DNA of 63,356 nucleotides, the filler included, from Octopus bimaculoides (lineage: Eukaryota): the NCBI RefSeq assembly GCF_001194135.2. It is 9 parts of 9 records of this genome, joined end to end, with 100 filler letters (N's around TTAATTAATTAA, not from the genome) between each part and the next. Parts side by side here need not be neighbours in the genome. Positions count along the whole stretch, not along the records: positions 49,769 to 52,478 come from NW_026390257.1; positions 52,579 to 56,672 come from NC_068982.1; positions 56,773 to 60,624 come from NW_026337279.1; positions 60,725 to 62,053 come from NC_068987.1; positions 62,154 to 63,356 come from NW_026375035.1; 4 more parts are not named here. One strand, 5' to 3'. This document shows, piece by piece, positions 51,308 through 63,356 of the stretch; the stretch's first letter is position 1; each line of letters opens with the position of its first letter. The position numbers were made by a program, and so were the translations under genes. The notes beneath the pieces were generated by a model. It was not told where the DNA came from, did no database searches, and saw only the letters and a program-made list of their open reading frames with translations.

Positions 51308-51320
51308 CATTATTATTATT

Positions 51321-51548
51321 GGGTGAGAGAGCAGTGCATGCCATTAAATTGACACTGGGGTATAAATATACGAAGCCCAATATACCTACCATGACTACCC
51401 GTCTGATAAGTGACACCATGCACATGCATCACAACCATATGTCCGCGACATGGTGATCTCATATCAAGATAAACAGCGCATGACCTCGCAGGTGGGGCCC
51501 AGTTAGAATTTTCTTCAGGTTGAATAGCCCATCCCGCTGAAAAGGTTC

Positions 51549-51549
<1 letters not shown>
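51321..51549 (-). mobile_element. Element F, second copy, truncated at the putative 5' end
   Basis: G.GTGAGAGAGC.GTGCATGCCAT...CCCATCCCGCT.AAAAGGT is shared with 50716-50941; again bounded by (ATT)n. Confidence 0.75.
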
Positions 51550-51618
<69 letters not shown>

Positions 51619-52348
51619 CATACAATAGATTAGACTGTTTGAAAAGAAAAATTGAAAACAGGCTACCACAATTGTCTACATGCCAGACAATACTTCACTT
51701 TCTTGTAATTGACTCACGATCGACTATATTTTGATACAGACAAAACACAGGCTAGACTTTCAGCTATTTTGGGATAGAGTTGTCAGAAATAACGAATTAA
51801 TTTTTACCATTGATTCCATGAATTACCCACGAAACTCGCTAGTTACTAGAAATAAGACAATCCGTCACTTTACAATAATTAGCAGATGCACGAATATCTT
51901 TTGATACAGACACAGCACAGGCTACGCTTTTAGGTATTTCGTATGTGCTCAGAAATAACCTAGTAAAATTACCACTAATTCCGTGAAATATTCAGGTGCT
52001 ACTGTGCATTGCTAGAAATAATACGCAAAACGGTTTTTAGCCACAATAAGGCACTAACCCTATGATGACAAAGAAGGCAAGCTCCCTTCAACATCCGGGA
52101 CGTAAAAAGATCACCAGTGATTTCACATTAAATTAATGCTCATCAGTGACTCTTACCAGGCTGCCTAGTGTTAAGCTGGTTCGCTTTGTCACAATATAAG
52201 AATTACTGTAGAAATTGCAAACTGAGTTCATAAATGGTAAAAGTGAAAATCCAAAACTATAGATGTCACTAAAGTGACTAAGGATATAAGGTAGCACCGG
52301 CATCGCTAGAAATAACAGTCAAAGCACCTGTTATCCACAATAGAGAAC

Positions 52349-52410
<62 letters not shown>

Positions 52411-52435
52411 GTCTGTCTGTCTGTCTGTCTGTCTT

Positions 52436-52478
<43 letters not shown>
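52349..52478. repeat. (CTAT)n/(CTGT)n microsatellite
   Basis: Direct reading. Confidence 0.95.
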
Positions 52479-52683
52479 NNNNNNNNNNNNNNNNNNNNNN
52501 NNNNNNNNNNNNNNNNNNNNNNTTAATTAATTAANNNNNNNNNNNNNNNNNNNNNNNNNNNNNNNNNNNNNNNNNNNNTTTTATATGACACATTCTACCA
52601 GTGTCCGAAGTTTGAAAGTGTTTAGTTACAAAAAATTAATTTCTCGATGTTCCGTTCAAAGGGAAAAGATCCGTGTACTAGAG

Positions 52684-52872
52684 CCGGTCTAATCGACTGG
52701 CCCTCTCCCCAAAAATTTCGACGCCAATACGCAACTGGTACTCAATTTATCGACCCCAAAAGATGAAAGGCAAAGTCGACCTTGGCGAAATTTGAACTCA
52801 GAACGTAAAGACAGACGAAATACCGCTAAGCATTTAGCCCGGTGTGCTAACGTTTCTTCCAGATCGCCGCCT
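52684..52872 (-). mobile_element. SINE family B with a 31-bp internal inversion
   Basis: 52719-52872 is the reverse complement of family B, whereas 52688-52718 matches family B in the plus orientation. Confidence 0.8.
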
Positions 52873-55335
52873 TAATAATATGAATAATTTTTGTACCATT
52901 AATAAACTTGGATGTGGTAGTAACAAAAGAGAGCTAAAAAGAAAATGCGATAAGTACGGATAATAGATGACTATTAAGAGTGAGAGAGAGAGAGAGAGAG
53001 AGAGGAGGGAAGAAAGAAAAAAGATAAAAATTGATTTACGCTGCCACCAACAGAGAAGGAGAGGGGTGAGAAAGCAAAACAAACAAAAAAACAACAAAAA
53101 AAGACAGCGGGATGTAAGAACAGGTGCTATTGCCGGCAGTGTGGGGGAAATAAAAGAACAGACAGAAGTTACTGCGGAAAGAGATACAATGAGCAGACAA
53201 CAGTGCTGTCACGTGACCAGACGGAAAACGCAGGCGACGAAGCACATGACCAACTGACAAAAGAATGAAACAAAAGTAATTTTATTAATATCATAGTCGT
53301 TAATTTTATTAATATCATAGTCTCGTTAATTTGATTTTAATGTTAATGATATATTAAACGGATTTGAATATAAAATATATTGGGAATGAAGAAGACTACT
53401 GTTGCTTCATTGTTGACTGGGCTGCGTAATAATTCCCTAAATCCCTAAATTTAATTCACTATAATTATTGATATTTATTTTACTTGTCACAAAGACTTGT
53501 TTGTTAAGGAAAATATAAAGTTTGACATTTATGACTTTCATAATGTCATTTGCATCGCTTATAAACAAATATTATTAACAAATATTATTTTAGATTGATT
53601 AAAGGTTGGCTACAAAGATGTAGGAAAAGAGTATAGTTAATTGATTGCAATCAATGCATATTTGATATATATTCTATTGACCTTGATGACTGTGGAAGGC
53701 AAGGCCGACCTCACTCAAATTCGATCTCAGAATATGGGGAGACAAAACTTATTTCTATATTGTCTTCACAAAGTCAGAAATTTGTAGAAGACTAGTAGAG
53801 TCGATTTAATTTACTTCAGTATGTGTCCGATACGTTTTAATTGAACATGAAGGGATGAAAGGTAATATTTATTCCGGAAAAGATTGAACTCGAAAGACAA
53901 GAGACCAAACTAAATACCACAAGGTATCCTCCCACTGTACCATTTCCACCAACTTACAGCTTCTTCAAATCTAGCATACAAAATCAGAAATTCTTGGCCG
54001 AGTTCGGATCAGAATTGATAAAATCGATTCCAGTACTTCACTATTTCTAATCCAAAGATAAACAAGTTGAATACACTCAAACACTTATAAAAGTTAGTTT
54101 ATAACCTTTTTGCATTATGTAGCCACCGACCTCAAATTTACAGGTGTTTGATACAATCATTTAAATCGACTCCAGAACCAGAGTTACGTATTTCATCGGC
54201 GCCTGGAAAACGAAAGACAAATTCAAATTCAACGTCATTCACATACAGAACATAAAGGGAAATAACTCAATATAAAAGATGCATTGCCGTTTTTGCCAAT
54301 CCCCTGTCCTTTCTAAACCAAATATTAGCGCTTAAAATATAATACAATCAAAACAATTCGAAACAATTTGCTTTCCAAATATTCAATATTAACTTTACCC
54401 AAACAAACCGTTGCACTACAATAGTCAAGTTAACACCATTTTGGAATTAATATCGTGCAACTGTGAAACACCATCACAAAAAAAAGAAAAGAAAAATTAG
54501 AAGCTATTAATAACGTTATTCAGTTCCTTCAGCTCAAAGAAAATCGAAAAAAAAATATATATATAATAACTTGAAGTATTTGACTGTTCGATGAAGGAGC
54601 TGTTCAAATTTTAGTCTCGAAGAATTAATCTCATGACATAACTTCTCAGTTTTTATACTAAAATGTAAATGTAGTTTTACTCACTTAACAAGCAATGGTA
54701 GGAATACTTCTATATCTATCTATTCAACAATAAATACACATCGGTCCGTCAGCTATGATTTTTGCAGGCTCTCCTGGCCTGCTGAACTTAAAGGTTGATA
54801 CTCAGTTTCTTAGATCAGTGCCTTAAGGCAAAAATATAGTAAACAAGGTGAGAATTTGGAGTGTATAAGACAATGTAGAGATAATGAGAGGAACAGAGAC
54901 GAATATATCTGATGCGCTTGGAAGGCGGTGGTACACGGATTGCCAGTTCACAAGAAGCTGCTATAAATAAAATTGTGTCTGTAAGCTAAAGCTTGTAGCA
55001 TGTTTCTAAGTTAGTTCTTCCCCATCCTTATATCATTCTTGTAGGGGATGCACTAGGAATTCGTTGCAACCGAATCTTCGGTGATGAAACTGTGCAAATG
55101 CTTAGCGGTGATCTAAATAGTTCGGGTAAGGTAAAATAGTATGAATTTAATGACATTTTTATGTTCTTTTATCGATCATTGAGGACTGGAATACTAAGTC
55201 GCCTTCGCTGGTACATAAGGTTAGCAGGAAAAGAGGTTTGAATTAAATAGTATATGTATTGTAGTCTGGTGGTTTATCATTCTAACTCAGACCCTCAATG
55301 TATATAAATAATTTTAAATTCAAATAAACTTGTAA

Positions 55336-55530
55336 GGCGGCAAGCTGGTAGAAAGAATCCTTAACACGGCGAACAAAATGCTTAGCAGCAACTTTTCCAC
55401 TCTTTACGTTCTGAGTTCAAATTCGTCACAGTGAGCTTTGCCTTTCGGGTCGATAAAATAAAGTACCAGTTAAGATCTGAGGCCGATGTAATTGACTTCC
55501 CCTCCCACTAAAGTTGCTGACCTTAAGCCA
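55336..55530 (+). mobile_element. SINE family B, degraded
   Basis: GGCGGCAAGCTGG...TTTACGTTCTGAGTTCAAATTC...GGGTCGATAAAATAAAGTACCAG. Confidence 0.75.
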
Positions 55531-56812
55531 AAATTAGAAAGAATCTTAGATAAACGAGTAACAGATATGTAAACAACTGTACAAGGATTAATGAAAGTGC
55601 CTGAGATGTTTGCTGCTAGCAGACTTATTCTGGTCATAACTTATCAGTCTATAAACTTTGTCACAGTAAAAGCGGCTATCTTTCACCAATTCACTGAAGC
55701 TGTAAGCTCTTTATTACTTCTATTTCATCGTTCATTCTGGCGTCAAATCTACACGGCTTTATAACCATTAAAGTAGCCGTCCCTTGTCAATCGCTTTCAG
55801 CCCAATCTTTTTTAACAACGCTCAAAATTAGCTCATCCTTGAGACGCAGCAAAGAAGTCAACATCTCAAATTTTACTATTTCTACCCAGAAGACAAACGG
55901 TTAGAGAAACGATAACGACGTTGATGACGATGATGATGTTGATGACCATAATGGTGATGGTGTTAACGAGGGGGATTGCCATCATTTCCAGTAGCGACAG
56001 TATCACCGTCGTACTACTCTTCCTTCTCTCCACCTCACCATCGTCGTATTTGTTTGCTTTTTATGGTTTATATCAGGAGGCAAAGCCCGGACCTATTACA
56101 TTACATTCGTAGGTCATTTGACTCCGTGATATTACTGCGGTGATGTTCAGATTGAACAACTGTAAGTTGACGTCTGTATAACAAACGTGGGTGGGAAGAG
56201 GACTCTGGAAGGTTATGTCCTCCAGAATGCGGGGCTGAGACGGGAGGCAGAATTCATTATCATAATTGTCATCGTCGTCGTCATCATCCTTGACACCATC
56301 ATCATAAACGTCCTCGTCACTAACATATCCGTCACGATTGCTGCCATAGTTTCTTTAGTCATATTTTTAGCTTTCGTTTTTACACTTTCTATTAATCTTC
56401 GTCTTCCTCCTTCCCTCTTCCTCCCTCTGCACCCCCTTCTTTCTCTCTCTCTCTCTCTCAAGTGGATTCTCAACGTCTCTGCCTTTCTTTCCCTTTCTCA
56501 GTTCTTTCCTTCTTTATGTTTCCCTCCCTTTCTCTCTGTCTGTCTGTCTGTTTCTTTCTTTCTTTCTTTCTTTCTTTCTTTATTTATTTATTTATTTCTC
56601 TCTCTATCTATCTCTTTCTCTCTCTCTCTCTCTCTCTCTCGCTCTCTCTCTCTCTCTCGCTCTCTCTCTCTCNNNNNNNNNNNNNNNNNNNNNNNNNNNN
56701 NNNNNNNNNNNNNNNNTTAATTAATTAANNNNNNNNNNNNNNNNNNNNNNNNNNNNNNNNNNNNNNNNNNNNATATATATATTATTATATATATATTATT
56801 ATATATAAGGTG

Positions 56813-56950
56813 GGGGAGATATGAAGTGATATACATCTGGAAAATCCTAGAAGGCCTTGTACCGAACTTTGGCATTGAAAGTTACTCAAACTGCAGAACG
56901 GGGTGCTACGGCATAGTGCCAAAGGTCCCAGCATTGCCATCAAAATACAG
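56813..56950 (+). mobile_element. CR1-like ORF2 C-terminal fragment in inverted orientation
   Basis: RYEVIYIWKILEGLVPNFGI..YSNCRTG..GIVPKVP matches the RRERY..IY.WKILEGLVPN pattern at the end of CR1-type ORF2. Confidence 0.75.
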
Positions 56951-58900
56951 GATTAGCCTCAGTACGCAGTCATAATATTGTAAGAGCTGGGTTAGGCAGC
57001 TCCTACTTGGTCAAAAGCCATGCTGGGTATCACTCAACAAATTATTTTCTTTAAGCAAAGCGATTAGTTTCCCTCTGACTATCTGTTCCATGACTTTGCT
57101 GATGTGTGAAGTCAGAGAGATAGGTATATATTTTTTGGTATCTGCTCTTTATGGATTGGGCATATTATTCTCTCCTTCAGCTTCCTTGGCAGTCTGCCAT
57201 TTGAAAGAAAGCTCTGGAAGAGAATGTGGAGGGGTTTTGCCAGGGCATGCTTACATGATTTGAGGAGGATTGCTGGGAACCCATCAGGATCAGCAGTTGA
57301 GTTTGCGTCCACCTCATCTATGGCTAGTAGTATATCTTCTTTGCTAATGTTGATGCATTCCATCATAACTGCCTCTGTTCTTATAGGTGAGGCAGCAAAG
57401 AAGATCACTGGTTCATTCACTTGTCTGTGTTCCAATGGGGTGGTAAAGACACTTCTGAACTGGTCATTCAGTACCTCACTGATCCTAGTTGGACTGTGTG
57501 TGAGGGAGCCATCCTTTTGGAAGAGGGGTTCTGTCTTGCAGCTCACTGATGCTGTTTCTTTTGCATAATGAAAGAAGGCCTTTGGGTTCGACTTGATGTT
57601 TTTTATAACTCAAGCTTCTTTGTCTGCTCTTTCCCTCACATAGGATTGTTGCAGTCTATTTTCAATCTCTATCAGTGTTGTTTTTAGGCGGGTCCTTTCG
57701 CTACATTTGAGATGTTTGTTGAAGTGATTTGCAACCTTCGTTGTCTCATGAGGATCTTCCTCTCCCTTGGAAACTTGTTCCTATTTGTTGTGGCCTTGTG
57801 CTCTGGGACATATTTCTGGCATATGGCTTGCACAACAAACATGAAAGATTCTAGTTTCATACTAATGTCTGGTGTGGAGAGACATTTCGTCCAGTCTTGT
57901 CTGAGGATCTCTTTTTGGATCGATTTCCAGTCTGCTTTGTGGAAGTTCAGATTGGAGAGATTCCGAGTGCTTCCTTTAGGCTGTTTGTCTCTGGCTACTT
58001 TCTGCCCAAACATAGACAGCTATATTATGTTGTGATCTGAGACGAATGTTGACGTCACTTTCACATCATAAACGATGTCTATATTGTTCGTGAAGCGGAA
58101 ATCTAAAATGTTATTTGCCCTAGTTGGTCTGAGTACAACTTGCTCCTTGAATAGGGCATTGATGAGGTTGAGCAGGGACTCTACCTGTGCTTGTTTGCAA
58201 GAGTCATTCCTGAGAGCATGAGTCCTTTGAGTCATTTGACGTTGGGGAAGTTGAAATCACCCATAGAAATATGCTCACGTGGTGTTCCAGTTGCATGAGG
58301 TTTTCTTTAATTCTTTTGAGGCAATCTTCAAACTTGCCTATGTGGTTTGGAGCATCCGGTGGACAATATGTATTGCATACGACTATATTGTGTTGTCTTA
58401 TGTATACAATTAGTGTCACCTACTGAATTTAAGTATGACAGTAAGACCTGGGTTGTGAAGTCATCATAGATGTATACAGCAACTCCATCATGGCTCCTTT
58501 CCCTTCTGTCTGTTTGCAGTATGGCATATTTTGGTACGTATACTTGTGCATCCTCTATATCAGAGCTGAGGGGAGTTTCCAGGAGTGCTATGCATAGGGC
58601 TTGATTGCATGCAGCAAGGTCTCTCAGGAAAAAAAATTTTGCTGTTGTGATGATGCAACAGGCCTCCAATATTTAGTAAAAATATTGGTGTGACCACTAT
58701 GCAGGTGTTAGGGGAGGCGATCCCATGTCTGTTGACTGTGGTGGTCTTGCACAGTGGCAGGCAAGGTTCCTTGTTTGCGCTTATCGTAGCCAGGTCAGCT
58801 GCTGCACAATCTTTTGTGTCATACACAAAAAAGACTCTTGCTCAGCTGCTGCCTTGTGCATAACCTCTGAAGAGTGCACTTGTTTTCCCTATTTTTCCCT
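56951..58900 (-). mobile_element. CR1-like LINE: APE endonuclease and N-terminal RT, decayed
   Basis: LLNIGGL; IALLET.LSSDIEDAQ..VPKY..LQTDRRERSHDGVAVYI; YCPP; MGDFNFP; PTRANNILD...SDHN; LNFHKADW; DPDGFPAILLKSC..LAKPL; PISLTSHISKVME; QHGF*PSRSCLTQLL. Confidence 0.9.
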
Positions 58901-59879
58901 TTGGGATGACTTTTTATCTTTTNNNNNNNNNNNNNNNNNNNNNNNNNNNNNNNNNNNNNNNNNNNNNNNNNNNNNNNNNNNNNNNNNNNNNNNNNNNNNN
59001 NNNNNNNNNNNNNNNNNNNNNNNNNNNNNNNNNNNNNNNNNNNNNNNNNNNNNNNNNNNNNNNNNNNNNNNNNNNNNNNNNNNNNNNNNNNNNNNNNNNN
59101 NNNNNNNNNNNNNNNNNNNNNNNNNNNNNNNNNNNNNNNNNNNNNNNNNNNNNNNNNNNNNNNNNNNNNNNNNNNNNNNNNNNNNNNNNNNNNNNNNNNN
59201 NNNNNNNNNNNNNNNNNNNNNNNNNNNNNNNNNNNNNNNNNNNNNNNNNNNNNNNNNNNNNNNNNNNNNNNNNNNNNNNNNNNNNNNNNNNNNNNNNNNN
59301 NNNNNNNNNNNNNNNNNNNNNNNNNNNNNNNNNNNNNNNNNNNNNNNNNNNNNNNNNNNNNNNNNNNNNNNNNNNNNNNNNNNNNNNNNNNNNNNNNNNN
59401 NNNNNNNNNNNNNNNNNNNNNNNNNNNNNNNNNNNNNNNNNNNNNNNNNNNNNNNNNNNNNNNNNNNNNNNNNNNNNNNNNNNNNNNNNNNNNNNNNNNN
59501 NNNNNNNNNNNNNNNNNNNNNNNNNNNNNNNNNNNNNNNNNNNNNNNNNNNNNNNNNNNNNNNNNNNNNNNNNNNNNNNNNNNNNNNNNNNNNNNNNNNN
59601 NNNNNNNNNNNNNNNNNNNNNNNNNNNNNNNNNNNNNNNNNNNNNNNNNNNNNNNNNNNNNNNNNNNNNNNNNNNNNNNNNNNNNNNNNNNNNNNNNNNN
59701 NNNNNNNNNNNNNNNNNNNNNNNNNNNNNNNNNNNNNNNNNNNNNNNNNNNNNNNNNNNNNNNNNNNNNNNNNNNNNNNNNNNNNNNNNNNNNNNNNNNN
59801 NNNNNNNNNNNNNNNTATACATACATATATGTACATACCTACATCTACATGTATATATAAATGCATATACAGGTACAGG

Positions 59880-60480
59880 ACGTCAGAAAAGGAACAGGAA
59901 CATAAAGCACAAAAACGGACTTTTTTTTACACACAACAAAACGAACACATAGGAAAACAGATGAGCCACTTATGGAACTTTACCTTCATCAGCTGCCTCT
60001 ATTCTAAACTAGGCATTTCGAAGATGAGGCAGAACACGCTCTTAGAATAGCTCTTCCTGCTTAGTGGATTAACCTGCTAAACAGAGGATTCCAAGGTAGC
60101 AAATACAAACCAAGACAGGAAAAATTAATCAGTGAAAACAACATTAAAGGCCGTAGGGCCAAACGTGATGAGATATTGAATGCTGTGATGAGACGAAGCT
60201 GAACGGAGAGAGACAGCAGTTTCATCTTGCCTTTATGCTGGCTGAAGGGAGAAAGGAAGTGGTGACCACAGGTCACATGTGATCAACGAGGAGTGGTAGA
60301 GAGAGGAAAAGGGAGGAAGTGGAACAAAGGTGAGCGACGAGAGACAGGGAGGGAGAGTAAGAGAGAGATATGTTTAGTAGTGAAGGGGAGAAATAAGGAC
60401 AACAGAAGGAAGCAGAACGAGAGGGGGAGATAGGTAAGAAGAAAGATTGATAGATAGATAGATAGATAGACAGACGCACA
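59880..60480 (-). repeat. Dispersed repeat family G, possibly Penelope-associated
   Basis: Homologous blocks shared with 24680-25540; the minus strand carries CGAAA and CTGATGA words (60016-60020, 59986-59992). Confidence 0.55.
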
Positions 60481-60729
60481 GACAGGCAGATAGAGTTATA
60501 TCAGAAATATAAAGTTAAAACTTACTTGCAAATGGACGCGTAGCGTTCGATAATATAATAATATAAATGATATATGAGCATATGCATGTATAATTACTTA
60601 CATATATATATATATATATATATANNNNNNNNNNNNNNNNNNNNNNNNNNNNNNNNNNNNNNNNNNNNTTAATTAATTAANNNNNNNNNNNNNNNNNNNN
60701 NNNNNNNNNNNNNNNNNNNNNNNNTATAT

Positions 60730-60945
60730 ATGTTTGAGGTATGTGTTTGTCCCACCCCACCATCGCTTGACAACCGATGCTAATGTGTTTACGTCCCCGT
60801 AACTTAGCGGGTCGGCAAAAAAAGACCGATAGAGTAAGTACTAGGCTTCCAAAGAGTAGTCCTGGGGTCGATTTTCTCGACTAAAGGCGGTGCTCCAGCA
60901 TGGCCGCAGTCAAATGACTGAAACAAGTAAAAGAGTAAAAGAGTA
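60730..60945 (+). mobile_element. SINE family A, 3' half
   Basis: CATCGCTTGACAACCGATG...GTCCCCGTAACTTAGCGG...GGCGGTGCTCCAGCATGGCCGCAGTCAAATGACTGAAACAAGTAAAAGAGTAAAAGAG. Confidence 0.9.
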
Positions 60946-61851
60946 TAATTTATATACATATATACTCCGAATGAACTGTCCTTGTTTCCTTGTATCGTCT
61001 ATCTGGATTCGTTGACCATTTTTTGTATTAGCTAACTGTCTACGTATTTTGCGTTCTCAAAGTAACAGTGTCGTAACCATCAGTGTTACTGTGAACTCTA
61101 TAGAAACACACACACACACACACACATACACACACAGGCACGCACGCACACGCACGCACGCACACGCACAGACATGTACATACACACATATACATACATA
61201 TATATATACATATTTCATATATATAAATATATATATATGTGTGTTTGTGTGTGTGTGTGTATACACATATATATATATTTATGTATGTATGTATTATGTA
61301 TGTGTGTATGTATGTATATATGTATGTATGTATGTGTGTATATGAAATAAGCAAGGATCATTGTTTAAAATCATGAAAAGTTAAAATCATGTATTTCTGA
61401 ATCAATCGTAACGAACGAATAAATATAATCCCAAAACCGCCATTCTTATACTCAATGCTTATACATACATAGATACATGCATATATACATACATGTTTTT
61501 GTGTTTATGTGTGTGTGTGTATCTGTGTGTGCGTGTGTGTGTAAATTCGACCTTCAATAAAACTATCAAGTTAACAAATGTTTCAGTAGGAAGCGTAAAT
61601 ACGAATAAGTTTTCTGTTCAGCTAATGTTGATTTTACACACTTCAGAATATTTGTGCTCATAAATCATTTCGAATATTAGGTCACATCATTTGCCACATG
61701 GAATGAATATACATGTGCACACACGAACAAACAAAGATATGCAGACATATATATTTCCAAATACACATACACGAATACACACATACACACACACACACAC
61801 AACACAGCACATATACATTCATATGTATATAAATGTATATATGCATATATG

Positions 61852-61895
<44 letters not shown>

Positions 61896-62843
61896 TGAGA
61901 AAATCTCTATAAGAGATGAGAATAAATATGACTTATATATATCTATATATGTATGTATATATATGTGTGTATATGCATTTGTGTGCGTGTGTGTCTGTGA
62001 GTGTATTTCTGTATATACATATGTAGATAAATATATACATGCATCCATATGCANNNNNNNNNNNNNNNNNNNNNNNNNNNNNNNNNNNNNNNNNNNNTTA
62101 ATTAATTAANNNNNNNNNNNNNNNNNNNNNNNNNNNNNNNNNNNNNNNNNNNNAGAGAGAGAGAGAGAGAGAGAGAGAGAAGGAGAGAGAGAAAGAGAGA
62201 GAGGAGAGAGAAATTGAAAAGTGTAAAAAGGTGAAAGTAAGGAAGAGAAAGTGACGAGATCTCATTTTTAAGTGAGCCAGAAGCATGCTAGTAGTGCGCC
62301 TTGAGTGCCACTCTGATTCCCAGTTTTCTCTCTCTATCGAATCTGTCGTTAGCTATTCTTTCTTTTCTCTAAACACTGATCCCGCTTCACGCTTTCCCAA
62401 ATCTTCACCCTCGGCCGCAATGTTCTCCAAACTCGTCCCTTTCTTCCAGTTGCTCTCGAGTCCTAACAAATTCTAATACCCTTCTTGTCCATCAAGTTAA
62501 GAATGCATCCGTTCTACTTTCTTGCTTATAATAAAAACTACAACTCTACCTTCTTTACAATACTACTTTCCCTTTAACTACTACAATCGCCTACCCCAAC
62601 CTAGTTCTCTTCACACCTGCCTCACCAAACTATGGGCGGGTGGGTGGCATGTGTGCTTATGAGTGTGTGTGAACACATATACAGACTTCTACGCTTACGC
62701 ATATAGCCAAATACATGTGCAGACACATTTTTTACTGCAGCGTATATACCTGTGACATCATGCTTCCTTTCAGGCTTATGGGATCGATGCAGTTGAAGAT
62801 TAAACTTTAAGCATGTACAAATCGATGAAGAAATGGATGAAAT

Positions 62844-62889
<46 letters not shown>

Positions 62890-62961
62890 TTGGCCTAATA
62901 GTCTTATTTCCCTCAGCTTATCCGGCATTTTAATGAAGAAATTGAAACCCGGGACAATATA

Positions 62962-63050
62962 CTTTTACTTGTTTCAGTCATTAGACTGCGGTCATGTTGG
63001 GTCACCGCCTTGTAGAATTTTAGTCGATTGAATCGAAACCAGTACTTGAA
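62962..63050 (-). mobile_element. SINE family A, degraded 3' fragment
   Basis: CTTTTACTTGTTTCAGTCATTAGACTGCGGTCATG...TTAGTCGA. Confidence 0.7.
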
Positions 63051-63356
63051 ACAGCTCTAACCAACGACATTCTTAAACCGCTATTCTAGATTACAGAATA
63101 TGAGGTATATCATTGTTGCTTGTGTATGCGAAATGTTTCAGATTTTAATAATGTGTTATTCAAAACTAGAGAGTGCGAAGCGCAAAATGATTTCTACTAT
63201 ATACGTAGTAATTGAGATTTTCACAGCGTGTTATTCAAGACTAGAGAGGGTGAAGTACATAATTGTTTTCTAACAGAGATAAATATATATATACATATAC
63301 ACACTGACAGACACATAAAGAGATAAATAGATAGCTAGATAGCTAGATAGCTAGAT

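Noticed and set aside
53278-53330. Short local duplications (also 31233-31270 and 63150-63255)
   Set aside because: Ordinary slippage-type duplications with no further structure.
772-60050. Long ORFs of 200-440 aa containing runs of X
   Set aside because: They exist only because N gaps contain no stop codons; the flanks are microsatellite translations.
1741-62109. His-Thr, Cys-Val, Tyr-Ile, poly-Leu, poly-Ile and poly-Arg ORFs
   Set aside because: They are translations of (CA)n, (TA)n and trinucleotide repeats, with no splice or domain evidence.

Overview
AT-rich, microsatellite-saturated, gap-ridden eukaryotic DNA. The SINE and MITE families resemble those I recall from octopus genomes, so the organism call is an inference. 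I find no prokaryotic genes, rRNA, true tRNA or CRISPR array, and no complete host CDS. Almost all ORF-track entries are artefacts of N gaps or simple repeats. The window is mostly a transposon graveyard. DNA transposons: Tc1/mariner and Tigger remnants and MITEs, a nearly full-length decayed Chapaev3-like transposase split by a SINE, and a TTAA-flanked piggyBac derivative inserted into a Hero-like reverse transcriptase. Retroelements: fragments of RTE, CR1-like, Tx1/L1-like, CRE-like, R4/Dong-like and Penelope-like elements, plus many tRNA-derived SINEs. Eight 100-bp N44-TTAATTAATTAA-N44 spacers are artificial joins, so adjacency across them is unproven. The best candidate for host biology is a pair of homologous ~0.7-kb minus-strand modules (41.25-41.96 kb and 44.76-45.52 kb). 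Each carries a cleanly spliceable small exon; one exon is death-domain-like but contains an in-frame TAA. Other leads are a retroposon embedded in (TAA)n tracts, a MITE whose TIRs contain hairpins, a ~300-bp fold-back and decayed hammerhead-like motifs. All family names come from motif recognition by eye, not database searches.
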